Virus record (IMG/VR): IMGVR_UViG_3300042503_000838
Span: 1 to 64,000 of that record
Reading direction: 5' to 3' (one strand)
DNA length: 64,000 nucleotides
Origin: a virus
Shown: piece after piece, positions 19,919 through 29,648 of the stretch
How positions within the stretch are numbered: position 1 is the first letter of the stretch
How the letters are laid out: every line of letters begins with the position of its first letter
The notes under the pieces: model-generated
The model's input: the letters and a program-made list of their open reading frames with translations, nothing else
Database searches by the model: none
What the model was told of the DNA's origin: nothing
Program-made: the position numbers and the translations under genes

Positions 19919-20733
19919 ATGTTCAAACCAGTTGGGTTAACGCGACCAGCTGCTGTGCCACCATAGCCTCCAATGCTGGGTCGTGCTGAAATTCGAGTAG
20001 AAGAAACACCAGGCTGACCAATTGTTGTCTTTTTACGTTGAGGTTCTGGTGCTCGCACTGTTGCTGCTGCTTGATCCTGTCTGAATTTTGCAGTAGATGC
20101 CTGCTTACCAATGTTTAAAGCAGTAGCAGTTTCTCGTTTAGTAATTAATTGTTGACGAGCTGTTTCTTCTTTTTGCTTACCAATAAGAGCTTCTGTTTTA
20201 ACTCGTTCAGCTTCAAATTGACCCTTTAAAGTAGCTTGTTCAGTTTCTGCTTGTTTACGTTCTGTTTCTAATTGAGTCTGTAGAGCAACTGATTCTGCTT
20301 TTTGTGCCGCAGTAATTCGTTCACGTTCTGCTACTAATTCAGCTTCAATAGCTGCTGCTTCTGCTTTTTGTGCTGCAGCAATTTGTTCCTGTTCAACACG
20401 AAGTTGTTCTTGAAGTCGAGCTTGTTCAGCTGCTAAAGCTGCTGCATCTGCCCTAGCTTTTGCTTCAATTTCTTGAATTCTTTGCTGTTCTTGTTGTGCT
20501 TGCTGAATTCCAATTTGCTGAGTGTTGAAATATTCCCACGCTTGGTTAAATCCAAACCTTGTATCATTCCTAGCTGAGTTGCGAAGACTTGCTTCTACAG
20601 ATGCAATTTCACCAGCGTTGGGGTTTCTGTATCCCTTTCCAGTGAAAATTTTTGATGATCTGTACTGTTGAAGACTTTGATATTGCTGGCTAGTGGGCCA
20701 CCACTGGTCAAAATACTGATCTTGATTAAGCAT
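19915..20733 (-). CDS. Coiled-coil protein ending ...NPTGLNI (second gp7.3-like)
   Basis: 272 aa, Glu/Ala/Gln heptad-rich; C-terminus resembles that of 18979-19752. Confidence 0.55.
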   Translation of the reverse strand: MLNQDQYFDQWWPTSQQYQSLQQYRSSKIFTGKGYRNPNAGEIASVEASLRNSARNDTRFGFNQAWEYFNTQQIGIQQAQQEQQRIQEIEAKARADAAALAAEQARLQEQLRVEQEQIAAAQKAEAAAIEAELVAERERITAAQKAESVALQTQLETERKQAETEQATLKGQFEAERVKTEALIGKQKEETARQQLITKRETATALNIGKQASTAKFRQDQAAATVRAPEPQRKKTTIGQPGVSSTRISARPSIGGYGGTAAGRVNPTGLNI

Positions 20734-20759
20734 TGTGGCCCTCTAGCGGTTCAGCTACT

Positions 20760-21473
20760 TCAAGCGTAACTTGGGAGATCAGAGTTGCTGGTCTCAAAAA
20801 ACGCTGGCATACGCGCACGTTGGGTTTCAATCAGTCCCTCAGCTTTTCCGCTATACATCAAGCTGTCGCTTTGGTCCAGCCAAAACTGTTTGTCCAGGTA
20901 CTTGTTGTCAGACTTACCCAGGGGTTGCATCACCCAAGCAGCTGTAGCTTTCCTGAGACGATCCAAGGAAGGACTGACAGTAAGACCAAGCTCACGACAT
21001 ACCAAACTGTTGGCCGCAACGTGGACTTGTTCGTCCCTTGAGATGTCGGCGCTTACGGTTCGTAAACCAGCATCACCGTTAAAACGAAAGAACGGGAGGA
21101 GTACAAAGAAAATTGCACGTTCGGCAACCATCGCTTTGAGAATCGGATGATCTGGATGTTCAACCCACGCCTGCCGTAGTCGGAAGGCTTCCTCTTCGGC
21201 TTTCTCGTCAACTCCCAAAGCGTTGGTAATGTATCCCAGCGCAAGATCATGCCGTTCTTCGTCTTTAACGTTGCTTTCAAGAAGCGCACGGGAGGCTTCA
21301 GGAATTTCTTTAGCGCAAGCTTCACTGATGAACTCTCCAACTGGAAGTTCCATGTGGCGGAGGGCGAGAGCCCGGAAGATTGCCTCTTCCGAACCCTCTT
21401 TAAGTTTGCCAGCTGTTGACTGAATTGGAGTCCAGGTGCGCTTACGGGACAGGAGCTTTTGATAAGGAGTCAT
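20760..21473 (-). CDS. nrdB: Ribonucleotide reductase small subunit (cyanophage short class I type)
   Basis: Ferritin-like DEERH and DEQVH iron-binding motifs. Start MTPYQKL at 21473 is coupled to the nrdA stop. Confidence 0.88.
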   Translation of the reverse strand: MTPYQKLLSRKRTWTPIQSTAGKLKEGSEEAIFRALALRHMELPVGEFISEACAKEIPEASRALLESNVKDEERHDLALGYITNALGVDEKAEEEAFRLRQAWVEHPDHPILKAMVAERAIFFVLLPFFRFNGDAGLRTVSADISRDEQVHVAANSLVCRELGLTVSPSLDRLRKATAAWVMQPLGKSDNKYLDKQFWLDQSDSLMYSGKAEGLIETQRARMPAFFETSNSDLPSYA

Positions 21474-22864
21474 TCGGCGCAATCGCATTGAGGTTCAGAA
21501 TCTCCCGACAGCAAATTGGCAAGATAATCCTCAACGTTCACATCGCTCAAAGCGGCATAAGCATTGGATTTATCTTGTACGTCAGACATTACTTGAAGAG
21601 AGTAATACAAACTCTTCAAGGGGGAGTTCAACCATCGTGCCATAAATTGACGATCCATGAACGTCATATCGGACCACCAATTCATAGAAATAGCGTGAGC
21701 CATTCCAGTGGAATCCATTAGACGTTGCCACTCACAGTTGAGTTCAAAGAACGTATCCCAACCAACCTCTTCAGCTGTTTCACATTTGGGATTGAACTTA
21801 TAACTTTGAACCCCAAGAGTGGCACTATCACGATCTACATCGCGACTGATGGGCGGAGCAATTTCAGGTGCTGTGGTGAACCCTTCACGATCCATGTAGC
21901 GGTACGCACAAGAGGCTGTAGGAGCCACTGTGAACGCTCGTGACATCTTGTAGTCAGCAGCCACCTTAGAGGCCTCCATAAAGCCCAAAAACAGGGCTTG
22001 AGCGATCTGACCGGCTTTGGTGTCAGCCATACCAACACCGAGGTTCCTGTCACGCATAGCGGCAACAAGTTCCGAATACTTGACGCCTTCAATGGCAAGA
22101 AGGTTGGCAAGCCCAAGGACACCAAGACCAACTTGGTTATCTTTGCGGGTGTAGATATCAGAGTCGTCCACACCAGTCTGTTGGTAAAGCTCACAAAGGA
22201 ACTTCATCCCATCAACAAAAGCTTTAGGAATCTCATCAATCTGAGTGAGACCCAAATTGATGTGAGACAGCAGACAGGTGTCGCGAGACTTGAGCAGAAT
22301 CTCTTGGCAAACGTTGGAGTAAATACGTTCACCGTTCTTATCAAACTGCTTCTTAACAATCCAGACATCACCCTTTCGGGCAGCGGTCATGATTGCGCCT
22401 AGTTTGTTTGGCTCGTTGATAACTTCAGGATCGACATTGACACAACGCTTGATCCAAGGAATACGAGCGCGGTCATAATTAACAAACTCCAAAATGTCAG
22501 GATGGTTTGCGTCAAGATGAGCAACCACCGCACCGTTGCGGTATGTGCCGCCCCTACGGAGGATTTCATTGAACTTGGAGTAGATCTCCATGAACCCACA
22601 AGGACCTGAAGCAACCATTCCGTGGCTGTTTTTGGTGCCTCGGCTACGAAGCTTAGAAAGGTGAATAGCCACCCCTGCACCGTATCGGAGAGCTTTACTA
22701 GCAAACTGCCAAGAGCCTTCCAACCCATCAGGATCCTCATCCATGGTGTCTTCCACCACGAAAACAGTACAACTAACGGGATAACGGCGGGTGGGATTCT
22801 CAATCCAGCTTTCCACCCTCCCGGTCATTGCGATCGCTGGGTTCAGATTCTCCTTCAGTTTCAT
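21470..22864 (-). CDS. nrdA: Ribonucleotide reductase large subunit (short cyanophage type)
   Basis: 'PVSCTVF' Cys, 'RRGGTYRNGA', 'NVCQEILL' (NxCxE), 'VAPTASCAY', C-terminal 'CDCAE'. Start set at ATG 22864; upstream starts are possible. Confidence 0.92.
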   Translation of the reverse strand: MKLKENLNPAIAMTGRVESWIENPTRRYPVSCTVFVVEDTMDEDPDGLEGSWQFASKALRYGAGVAIHLSKLRSRGTKNSHGMVASGPCGFMEIYSKFNEILRRGGTYRNGAVVAHLDANHPDILEFVNYDRARIPWIKRCVNVDPEVINEPNKLGAIMTAARKGDVWIVKKQFDKNGERIYSNVCQEILLKSRDTCLLSHINLGLTQIDEIPKAFVDGMKFLCELYQQTGVDDSDIYTRKDNQVGLGVLGLANLLAIEGVKYSELVAAMRDRNLGVGMADTKAGQIAQALFLGFMEASKVAADYKMSRAFTVAPTASCAYRYMDREGFTTAPEIAPPISRDVDRDSATLGVQSYKFNPKCETAEEVGWDTFFELNCEWQRLMDSTGMAHAISMNWWSDMTFMDRQFMARWLNSPLKSLYYSLQVMSDVQDKSNAYAALSDVNVEDYLANLLSGDSEPQCDCAE

Positions 22865-23105
22865 TGTCGTCAAGGTCGATGTTTTGAATTGCGTTTTGAA
22901 GCGCAGTTTGTACAAAGTCGTTCCACTGCTCTTCAGAAAGTTGAGTCAGTGGTTTCAGCTCTGGGTGCGCTTCATCATCCCATTGAAAGTTGATAAGAGC
23001 TTCACCGGTTTCATCATCCTCATCAACTTCAGCAGATACAAACTGCCAAGCTTCTTGAGGAATCTGAGAAATTAAATCTTCGTAATCAGGAATGTTCGAG
23101 GTCAT
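22800..23105 (-). CDS. Acidic hypothetical protein
   Basis: 101 aa, ATGA-coupled to the MazG-like gene. Confidence 0.6.
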   Translation of the reverse strand: MTSNIPDYEDLISQIPQEAWQFVSAEVDEDDETGEALINFQWDDEAHPELKPLTQLSEEQWNDFVQTALQNAIQNIDLDDNETEGESEPSDRNDREGGKLD

Positions 23106-23536
23106 AGATCATCAAGTTCGGCTGGTTTGTAGTTAGGTCCTTTTTGGACCTTTCCGTTGACTTTGGAAAATGGAAACTTGGAGCAGTTTGAGGTGTAGAT
23201 CCTATCGAAAGCAGTATCAGGATCCACACCCAAGGTATGAAGCAAACCATAAGTGACCCATAGTAGGTCGCAGGCTTCTTTAAGAACGGCTGAACGAGTC
23301 TCATTACGAAACGCGTACATGAGTTCGTAGAACTCTTCCTCGACGTACGTGAGTTGCTTTTCCTGCGCTTCGAGCCACTCATCGTTATCAAGATTGGTTA
23401 GCTGGCCCGCTTTGGACATCCAACTCTTTACCAGTTCCGCATTCGAAGTCAGCATCGGTTGATTCAAGGATTGAGTTGTACAAGTTCTTGGTGTATTTCT
23501 TGTCCCATTGCTCACTACGTTGAATGAGACGGTCAA
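23102..23536 (-). CDS. MazG-like / PRA-PH NTP pyrophosphohydrolase
   Basis: 'YVEEEFYEL', 'LKEACDLLWVTYG', 'RIYTSNCSK', 'GKVQKGPNYKPA'. Probable start is ATG 23455. Confidence 0.85.
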   Translation of the reverse strand: MTVSFNVVSNGTRNTPRTCTTQSLNQPMLTSNAELVKSWMSKAGQLTNLDNDEWLEAQEKQLTYVEEEFYELMYAFRNETRSAVLKEACDLLWVTYGLLHTLGVDPDTAFDRIYTSNCSKFPFSKVNGKVQKGPNYKPAELDDL

Positions 23537-23717
23537 GATACCACCGAGCCTTTTTCAAATCTTCAGTACCATTTTTGTGTTGGTACCTAGTTACGTATTT
23601 GATGACGTTGCCTTCAAGAAAATCAAAGGCGTGGCTTTCTATGTAATCAATACATTCAATTACCCCGTCGTCGTAGGCGTAGTGGCTGGGTCTGATTGGA
23701 TCAAAAGTGGTGTCCAT
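23388..23717 (-). CDS. DUF3310 (T7 gp1.7-like nucleotide kinase family) protein
   Basis: 'PSHY...IECIDYI...FLEGNVIKYVTRYQHKNGTEDLKKARWYL'. Confidence 0.88.
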   Translation of the reverse strand: MDTTFDPIRPSHYAYDDGVIECIDYIESHAFDFLEGNVIKYVTRYQHKNGTEDLKKARWYLDRLIQRSEQWDKKYTKNLYNSILESTDADFECGTGKELDVQSGPANQS

Positions 23718-24439
23718 AATTGAATTTCATCAAAGAGGTACTCAGTGTCTCTAAGGATGCGGGCTAAGCGAGCTTGTTTAAGAGCCTCTGAAGCACTGAG
23801 GCCCTTCTTTTTGTACTGTTCGACTACAACTCTCCATGCGGTGGTTTCGTCGAAGTCGTCGCTTGAGATGAGCTTTTCTGCTGTTTTTGGTCCAATGCCA
23901 GGACAGCCAGGATAGCCATCAGTGGAATCACCGGTAAGAATCTGACGATAGAAAAAGGCATCAGCTTCGACTTGAAAGATTTGAACAATGTCTCCATCGT
24001 TACTGAGATGAAGTCCGGGGATTTGTTTAAGGTCTTTATCCCCAGACCAGATGACACAGCTGTTTTGATAACGAGTACCAAGGATTCCAAGGATGTCGTC
24101 AGCTTCAAGCCTGTGCCAGCACTCTGAAGGAAACTGTTGCTCAGCCCATCGTCTGATGGCTTTGTACCCTACAGGTTTTCTCCTGTGGTTTCCAGCTCTG
24201 TTGCCTTTGTAGCTGGGTTCAATTTCCTTTCGGAAGTTTTGATCAGCTGTCCAGCAAAGCGTAAACCGATCACACTGTGACTGATTACGTTTGATGTCCA
24301 AAAGCTGGTTAAACATCAACTGAGCTTCCTTGACTGGAAGATGAGTTGTGATGATGTCTGGACACCACTCAATCTCAACCTCACAAGCGGCCACTGTTTG
24401 ATACAGCAGCATATCTGCGTCAAGCAGTAGCCAAGTCAT
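23660..24439 (-). CDS. gp6: 5'-3' exonuclease (T7 gp6-like)
   Basis: 'LLLDADMLLY', 'NFRKEIEPSYKGNR', 'LEADDILGI', 'SGDKDLKQIPG', 'LTGDSTDGYPGCPGIGPKTA'. Confidence 0.95.
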   Translation of the reverse strand: MTWLLLDADMLLYQTVAACEVEIEWCPDIITTHLPVKEAQLMFNQLLDIKRNQSQCDRFTLCWTADQNFRKEIEPSYKGNRAGNHRRKPVGYKAIRRWAEQQFPSECWHRLEADDILGILGTRYQNSCVIWSGDKDLKQIPGLHLSNDGDIVQIFQVEADAFFYRQILTGDSTDGYPGCPGIGPKTAEKLISSDDFDETTAWRVVVEQYKKKGLSASEALKQARLARILRDTEYLFDEIQLWTPLLIQSDPATTPTTTG

Positions 24440-24878
24440 CTGCGCCTCCTGTGTCGCAACCTGTTGCTCCTGTGTGGGTTCCTAGCTTATTGACCCTGCC
24501 TAGGTAATCCAGGGCTTTTAGGACACCCTCGATATTGTCCCCAAGCTTGCCGATGCCTGTGTTGCAGTTGTTACATAACCAACCACGGTGCTCCTCGCTG
24601 TTGTGGCAGTGATCCCAATGAAGCTTTTCACTGGTCTTACCGCAGCACTCACAGGGCGTTCCAAGCTCAGGAGTCTTTTGCTGCTTCCGTAAGTGGTAAT
24701 GCTTTCGCATTATCTGGGCGTTACAGGACAAGCACTCAGGACGCCTCCAGGTACCGTTACGACCAAAGAGTTCTACGTCTTTGGTTTGACCGCAAACCTT
24801 ACAGGTCTTAGTGACACTCGGCCCAGTTGGTTCCAATTTTGAATTCCGAATCGATTCCAATACGGAGTCCAAGTTCAT
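24420..24878 (-). CDS. Endonuclease VII-like HNH nuclease with N-terminal zinc finger
   Basis: CKVC..CLSC, then 'CECCG...LHWDHCH....RGWLCNNCNTGIGKLGDN'. Start uncertain. Confidence 0.85.
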   Translation of the reverse strand: MNLDSVLESIRNSKLEPTGPSVTKTCKVCGQTKDVELFGRNGTWRRPECLSCNAQIMRKHYHLRKQQKTPELGTPCECCGKTSEKLHWDHCHNSEEHRGWLCNNCNTGIGKLGDNIEGVLKALDYLGRVNKLGTHTGATGCDTGGADDLATA

Positions 24879-26697
24879 CTCCTGCCAAGCCTGAAGACCT
24901 GACCGCAATAGCTCCGAGCTGTTCGGCGAACTCTGGAAGGACTGAGAATTGGATTTCATCGTGAACGTGGGCAAGGAAGGACCAATGTGTGCCGTAGACA
25001 AGACCAGCTTTAGTCAGCTCGTCGTAGCAAGTGTTGTACCAAAGCTTGCTTATGATCGCACCAGCGCTCTGCAAAAGGAAGTTCAGTGCGCTATGTGAGG
25101 ACCGGATTTGTATCTGTCTACCGTCTAAAGCTTTCACAAAGCCTTCATCTTCTGCCTTGGCTACTACACGTTTGGTGAGAGCAGCTAAAGCTGGCATATT
25201 GCGGAAATACTTCTTCTTAAGCTTTGCGCCGTCTTGATTTGTGATAGTACCTAGCTTTTCTGCTCCAGCTCCATACATCAAGGCGTAAAAGAAAGTTTTG
25301 GCTTGATCTCTTGTGGCAAGTCCAGCAGCCTTTTGATTAGCTGTGTGAATGTCACCGTTTAAAACCTCGTTGGCAAACTTGCCGTCATCAAAGGGCCAGA
25401 GGTAGTGCGCTAAACATCGAGCCTCGATCCCACTGAGGTCCACGCCAACCTGTTTGGTAGTTTTCCCTCCCCCAAGGGTTACAGGTCCAAACAAAGCTCG
25501 ACACTCCGGTCCCAGAACTGACCTGACAGCGGGACACTGGGCCATATTGGGGTTGACGTGGCTGCAGCGAGCTGTGGCGCACCCAACAGTAATCACACTG
25601 CCGTGAATCCTGTTGTCGCGTTCCACGAGCTTTAACCAAGCATTGTTACCAGTGCTCAGTTGTCCTAAACGTTTTTGAAGTGTGAGGTGTGAAACAAAAT
25701 CCTCAGCTCCAGGAATCTTCGACAGAACCGTTTCATCGATCTTGGGTTTACCAGTATCGGTAAACTCATCTGGCTTCCACTCCAGATGATTTTGCAGTAT
25801 CCAAGCGATGTGATCACGAGAGTTTGAGTTGAGATCTACGAGGCGACACATTGCTGCGTTGGCTACGTACCCCCTGGTCGCGTTATCTCGCTTGGGTGTA
25901 AAGATCCCTCCGTCAACGAACGGGAACCGTTGTCTCAGTCGTCCGTCAAGAGTATTCAGTTGTTGGTTGATCTCAGCTTCCAACTCCAACGCCCCTTGAA
26001 CGTTGAAGGCAAAACCAGATCGTTCCTGCAGGGAAATGAGCTGCGCAAAACGCATCTCTAGGTCAACGGCACAAGGGATGTCGTCAGCCTTAGGTTGCAA
26101 CCTGTGCCAAAGCTTAACATTTAGTTCAACATCACAAACGCATCGCTCAGCCAACTCTTCAGTCAGTACACTGAAATCCTCAAGACCTGCGTGGCGCTTG
26201 CTATAGCCAAGACGAAAGCCATATGCCTCAAGACTGTGACGACCGTACAGCTGTATCGGCATCCCCTCCCATTTCTTGTTGAAGTCCATATCCAAGATGT
26301 TCGGATACAGCATCCGACAAAGGATAAGAGTGTCAACTAGCTTGCCCTTTGGTTTAAACGTTGGGTATACGTTCTGTACCGCTGGTACGTCGTACTGAAT
26401 AATGTTGTGCCCAATCAGTACGTCCGCATTCTCAAGAAGCGGAATCCACTCTTCAGGGTCTTTGTAGAGGATCGTTTCTTGACCGTTGTGTATTGCACAA
26501 CAGTGGATCTTAGTAACCTCTCTAGTCTTGAGAGCATTGGTCTCCACATCGAACGTTATCGTCGATAAAGACTTTGAGGTTTCTGCTGTAGCAGAAGTCG
26601 AGGAAGTCCTCAACTTGCTCATAGGTGAGATGGTGGATGGAGTCATTGGACTTGAAAAAGGACTGAAGGATTCGCTTTGCAGTTTCGGTTGCAGCAA
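24808..26697 (-). CDS. gp5: DNA polymerase family A with 3'-5' exonuclease (T7 gp5-like)
   Basis: ExoI 'FDVETN', motif A 'DLSGIEARCLAHY', motif B 'RDQAKTFFYALMYG', motif C 'HVHDEIQ'. True start is probably downstream (e.g. 26622). Confidence 0.96.
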   Translation of the reverse strand: MLQPKLQSESFSPFSSPMTPSTISPMSKLRTSSTSATAETSKSLSTITFDVETNALKTREVTKIHCCAIHNGQETILYKDPEEWIPLLENADVLIGHNIIQYDVPAVQNVYPTFKPKGKLVDTLILCRMLYPNILDMDFNKKWEGMPIQLYGRHSLEAYGFRLGYSKRHAGLEDFSVLTEELAERCVCDVELNVKLWHRLQPKADDIPCAVDLEMRFAQLISLQERSGFAFNVQGALELEAEINQQLNTLDGRLRQRFPFVDGGIFTPKRDNATRGYVANAAMCRLVDLNSNSRDHIAWILQNHLEWKPDEFTDTGKPKIDETVLSKIPGAEDFVSHLTLQKRLGQLSTGNNAWLKLVERDNRIHGSVITVGCATARCSHVNPNMAQCPAVRSVLGPECRALFGPVTLGGGKTTKQVGVDLSGIEARCLAHYLWPFDDGKFANEVLNGDIHTANQKAAGLATRDQAKTFFYALMYGAGAEKLGTITNQDGAKLKKKYFRNMPALAALTKRVVAKAEDEGFVKALDGRQIQIRSSHSALNFLLQSAGAIISKLWYNTCYDELTKAGLVYGTHWSFLAHVHDEIQFSVLPEFAEQLGAIAVRSSGLAGDELGLRIGIDSEFKIGTNWAECH

Positions 26698-26722
26698 GGG
26701 CCGTAACCTTTAGCGGATTCAT
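26522..26722 (-). CDS. Small hypothetical protein overlapping the polymerase 5' region
   Basis: MNPLKV...SQD, 66 aa, begins just after the helicase stop. Confidence 0.45.
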   Translation of the reverse strand: MNPLKVTALAATETAKRILQSFFKSNDSIHHLTYEQVEDFLDFCYSRNLKVFIDDNVRCGDQCSQD

Positions 26723-26738
26723 CTCAGACAGATGAACG

Positions 26739-28379
26739 TCAAAAGTCGGTTTCAAAAGAATCATCGAATTGTGCGGACTTGATCTTTCCGCTGTTTTTAA
26801 ACTCCAACATTCTGCCTGTTGCTTTGTCATATTTCACGGTCCCGGATACGCCACACCATCCCGTGAATCGATTCTTGAGTACGCGGACAACTGTGCCTTC
26901 ATCGTCATTTTCAGACTGCTGATTTCGCTCAAGGCCGATGCAAATATCGCTAAGTTGACCAATTGCAGCACTGCCACGCAGTTGAGAAAGAGCCGTTTGT
27001 GCTCCATTTTCGTGACCCTTGTCTCCTGTAGGACGGCGTAAGTGTGACACAAGAAGCATTCCGCAGCCAGTCTCTTCAACAAAACTGCGGAGTTTAGTCA
27101 TTGTTTGGTCGATTGCCCTGCGCTCGTCCCCCTGGTCAAGACCGCTAACAAGAATCGATAGGTGGTCAAACACGATCCAACTACACCCGCAGCCAGAAAC
27201 CAAATGACGTATACGGTTAAGCAGAACGGTAGGGTCGAGAGAGCCAAAATGGTCGTACAGAAATAGCCGCCCCGTTCCAAGAGTTCTGTCAAAGGCTTGT
27301 TCGATTTGGTCATCGGTGAAGTGGCCGCGATCAATGTGGACAGGGTAATTAAGCTCCATACCAACGAACCGCCTAGCAGTGCGTCGGATGTTCTCTTCCA
27401 GGGCGACATAACCAACTGTTTCGCCTTGGCGTACCAAAAGGTCATAAGCAATCTCACTGACGAACGTGCTTTTCCCGATTCCAGAACCAGCCGTGATAGT
27501 TATTAGCTCGCCTTTACGCAAGCCGTGTAGCTTCTCGTTAAGGAACTCATAGGGATACTCAGCACTGCTGACCTTCGGATCCTCGAGGACCATCTGAAGC
27601 AGCTTGCTACCGCTCACAATGCCGTCTGGCTCGTACTCAGCAGCAGTCCACACCATCTGCATGATGGCTTTGCTGTTGCCCGCCGTGAGGGCCTCTGAGG
27701 CGTCTTTAAAGCCCTCTACCTTACCGATCTTCCCTCGGCGGGGTGGAAGCAGCTGGATGGCCTTTTTGACGGCTTTCTGGCCGTGCTCATCGTTATCAAA
27801 ACACAGAATGACTTCTTCAAACTTCAGAAGCCAATCGAGATTGTTCCTGATCGACTTTTCCGCAGAGTCAGCACCATTAGGTAGCGACACACAGGGCCAA
27901 CTGCGGCGGGTCTCTGCGTAGGCCAAGCAGTCGTACTCACCTTCAAAGATAACCAGCAGCTTGCCACCACTTCCCCACTTCTCTTGCCCGAGAAACGTAT
28001 TGTCAGGATTGGAGCCGTGTTGGACAAACTGTTTGTTTGGTTTACGAATTTTGTAACCAGTGAGACGACGCTCCTTGTCGTAGATGGGCCAGTAGTAAGC
28101 CTCACTGTCGCCGTAGACCCCCTTAAAATACCCGAATTGCTTGCACGTGGTTTCTGAAATGCCACGGCTAGCAATTCCTTTGTACGTTCCAAGGATTGGC
28201 TCGATTTCATAGCTAACTGATTGGTTCTGTTGCTTAACAGAAGAGGACATAGGGAAAGAACCGGAAAGGTGGTAATTACAACTAGGGGTGTAGCAGTGTT
28301 GCCCACCGTCGTCGTAAAGGGCTACGTTGTCGCGTGATCCACATTTCGGACAGCTGAGTCTGCCGACAACGCGAGACAT
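26739..28379 (-). CDS. gp4: Primase-helicase (T7 gp4-like)
   Basis: Zinc finger CPKC..C..C, TOPRIM 'EGEYD...CFDNDEHG', Walker A 'AGSGIGKST', 'FDHLS', 'LVSHLRR', 'LRGSAAIGQLSD', 'KNRFTG'. Confidence 0.96.
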   Translation of the reverse strand: MSRVVGRLSCPKCGSRDNVALYDDGGQHCYTPSCNYHLSGSFPMSSSVKQQNQSVSYEIEPILGTYKGIASRGISETTCKQFGYFKGVYGDSEAYYWPIYDKERRLTGYKIRKPNKQFVQHGSNPDNTFLGQEKWGSGGKLLVIFEGEYDCLAYAETRRSWPCVSLPNGADSAEKSIRNNLDWLLKFEEVILCFDNDEHGQKAVKKAIQLLPPRRGKIGKVEGFKDASEALTAGNSKAIMQMVWTAAEYEPDGIVSGSKLLQMVLEDPKVSSAEYPYEFLNEKLHGLRKGELITITAGSGIGKSTFVSEIAYDLLVRQGETVGYVALEENIRRTARRFVGMELNYPVHIDRGHFTDDQIEQAFDRTLGTGRLFLYDHFGSLDPTVLLNRIRHLVSGCGCSWIVFDHLSILVSGLDQGDERRAIDQTMTKLRSFVEETGCGMLLVSHLRRPTGDKGHENGAQTALSQLRGSAAIGQLSDICIGLERNQQSENDDEGTVVRVLKNRFTGWCGVSGTVKYDKATGRMLEFKNSGKIKSAQFDDSFETDF

Positions 28380-28445
28380 TAAAAGACCTCCAAAGGTTAG
28401 TTGCCCCCTGGAGGTCCGGTGTCCTTTCATCCTTGTCCGAACTGA

Positions 28446-28835
28446 CTATAGCAGCCAACCGGTCGGGACTGTAGGACCCTCACACCAAGGGACGTTGTGC
28501 TTGTCACACCAAGTGGCATAAGTCATCTTGCCGGTCTTGGTGAGCTTCTGATGCGGCTTCTGTAGGACCATTCGGAGGTCTACATCAGGGTGCTGCTCTC
28601 GGAACAGCTTGATGAGCCTCCTGTCCTCCGCATCGAAGTAGCCCTTTACCTCCAGCACGACTCCGTTTTCGAGGAAGAAGTCAGGCGTGTAACTCCGGGG
28701 AATTAGGAGGTCAAAGCTTCGGCCCTCATAACTCCAATTGATTTCCCCGGTCAGGTAACTGGCTACTCGACCCTCAAAGCCCGAACGAAATCCGTCTGCT
28801 TGGCGCTTGCCGTACTTATGGAATCGTCGGGCCAT
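28446..28835 (-). CDS. gp3: Endonuclease I / Holliday-junction resolvase (T7 gp3-like)
   Basis: 'FRSGFE', 'YTPDF', 'EVKG', 'TYATWCDKH'. Confidence 0.95.
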   Translation of the reverse strand: MARRFHKYGKRQADGFRSGFEGRVASYLTGEINWSYEGRSFDLLIPRSYTPDFFLENGVVLEVKGYFDAEDRRLIKLFREQHPDVDLRMVLQKPHQKLTKTGKMTYATWCDKHNVPWCEGPTVPTGWLL

Positions 28836-28840
28836 TGAAC

Positions 28841-29419
28841 TCAGAAGTCAGCGTCGCCGCTAACAGTAGCAAGTTCTTTGAGGTTTGGTTTGCTTTGCTT
28901 GAACCCAGCTTGCTTTTTGAAAGCTTTGGTTACGTCAAAGTCACCACGGTCGCTACCCGTGATAGTTACCGCCTCAAGCACTTGAATGCCCTTAGGGCAA
29001 AGCCGAAGGCCTCCCTTGGGGCTCTTGCGGGGAATGTAGGTGGGTTTCACAGCAACCAACACTTCAGAGCCCTCACACAGCTTCAGATCACGAGCAATGG
29101 GTTGTAGCTCAGTGTCGATCACAGGCAGAGGGAACTCCTCATAGGCCAGCTTGGCGGTCAGTTTGACCAGCAGTGAGCCATCCTCATTGGCCTCAAACGG
29201 GGCATCGAAGAAAGCTTTACGACCCGTGGCATCACGCCACCAAGCACAAGCTTTGTCGTACTCCTCACCAAGCTCCTCAAGCAGCTCCTCAGCAGTAGCA
29301 CCACAGCTACCACCATCGGTTACCAAGATCTTTAGACGGAAGTCACAGGGCTCACCGTTGTAGGTCGGAGTCTTGTAGAAGTCGGGGATCCAACCGGTCA
29401 GCTTTCCTTGGACCTGCAT
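28841..29419 (-). CDS. Single-stranded DNA-binding protein (T7 gp2.5-like)
   Basis: Position before endonuclease I; 'GSEVLV', 'GGLRL..KGIQVL'; acidic end ...DADF. Confidence 0.75.
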   Translation of the reverse strand: MQVQGKLTGWIPDFYKTPTYNGEPCDFRLKILVTDGGSCGATAEELLEELGEEYDKACAWWRDATGRKAFFDAPFEANEDGSLLVKLTAKLAYEEFPLPVIDTELQPIARDLKLCEGSEVLVAVKPTYIPRKSPKGGLRLCPKGIQVLEAVTITGSDRGDFDVTKAFKKQAGFKQSKPNLKELATVSGDADF

Positions 29420-29464
29420 TTGCGCTTTAACGCGAAAGGACCCACAGAAGGTACCCCCAGAACT

Positions 29465-29640
29465 TACGCCTTGGAGAGGGCTCTTGGGACAGCTCTCAAA
29501 GTGGCCTTAAAGGGGTGGCAGGAGAGGTCCTCTCTAATTACCTTTAGATAGCTCTTTTAAAGAGGGTTTTAAAGAGGCTCTTCTGCTGTACCTCTTTAAG
29601 ACCTCTTTCTTAGAGATACTTTAGTACCACTTAAAGAGGT
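29465..29640 (+). promoter_or_regulatory. Control element copy A (promoter/origin candidate) with TTAAAGAG-type repeats
   Basis: TACGCCTTGGAGAGGG (29465-29480) and ACCTCTTTAAGACCTCTTTCTTA (29590-29612); both recur inverted at 34633-34649 and 34525-34547. Function inferred. Confidence 0.6.
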
Positions 29641-29648
29641 CCTTACTA

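Noticed and set aside
22830-22837. HIP1 octamer GCGATCGC as a host signature
   Set aside because: Single noticed occurrence inside coding sequence; not enrichment.
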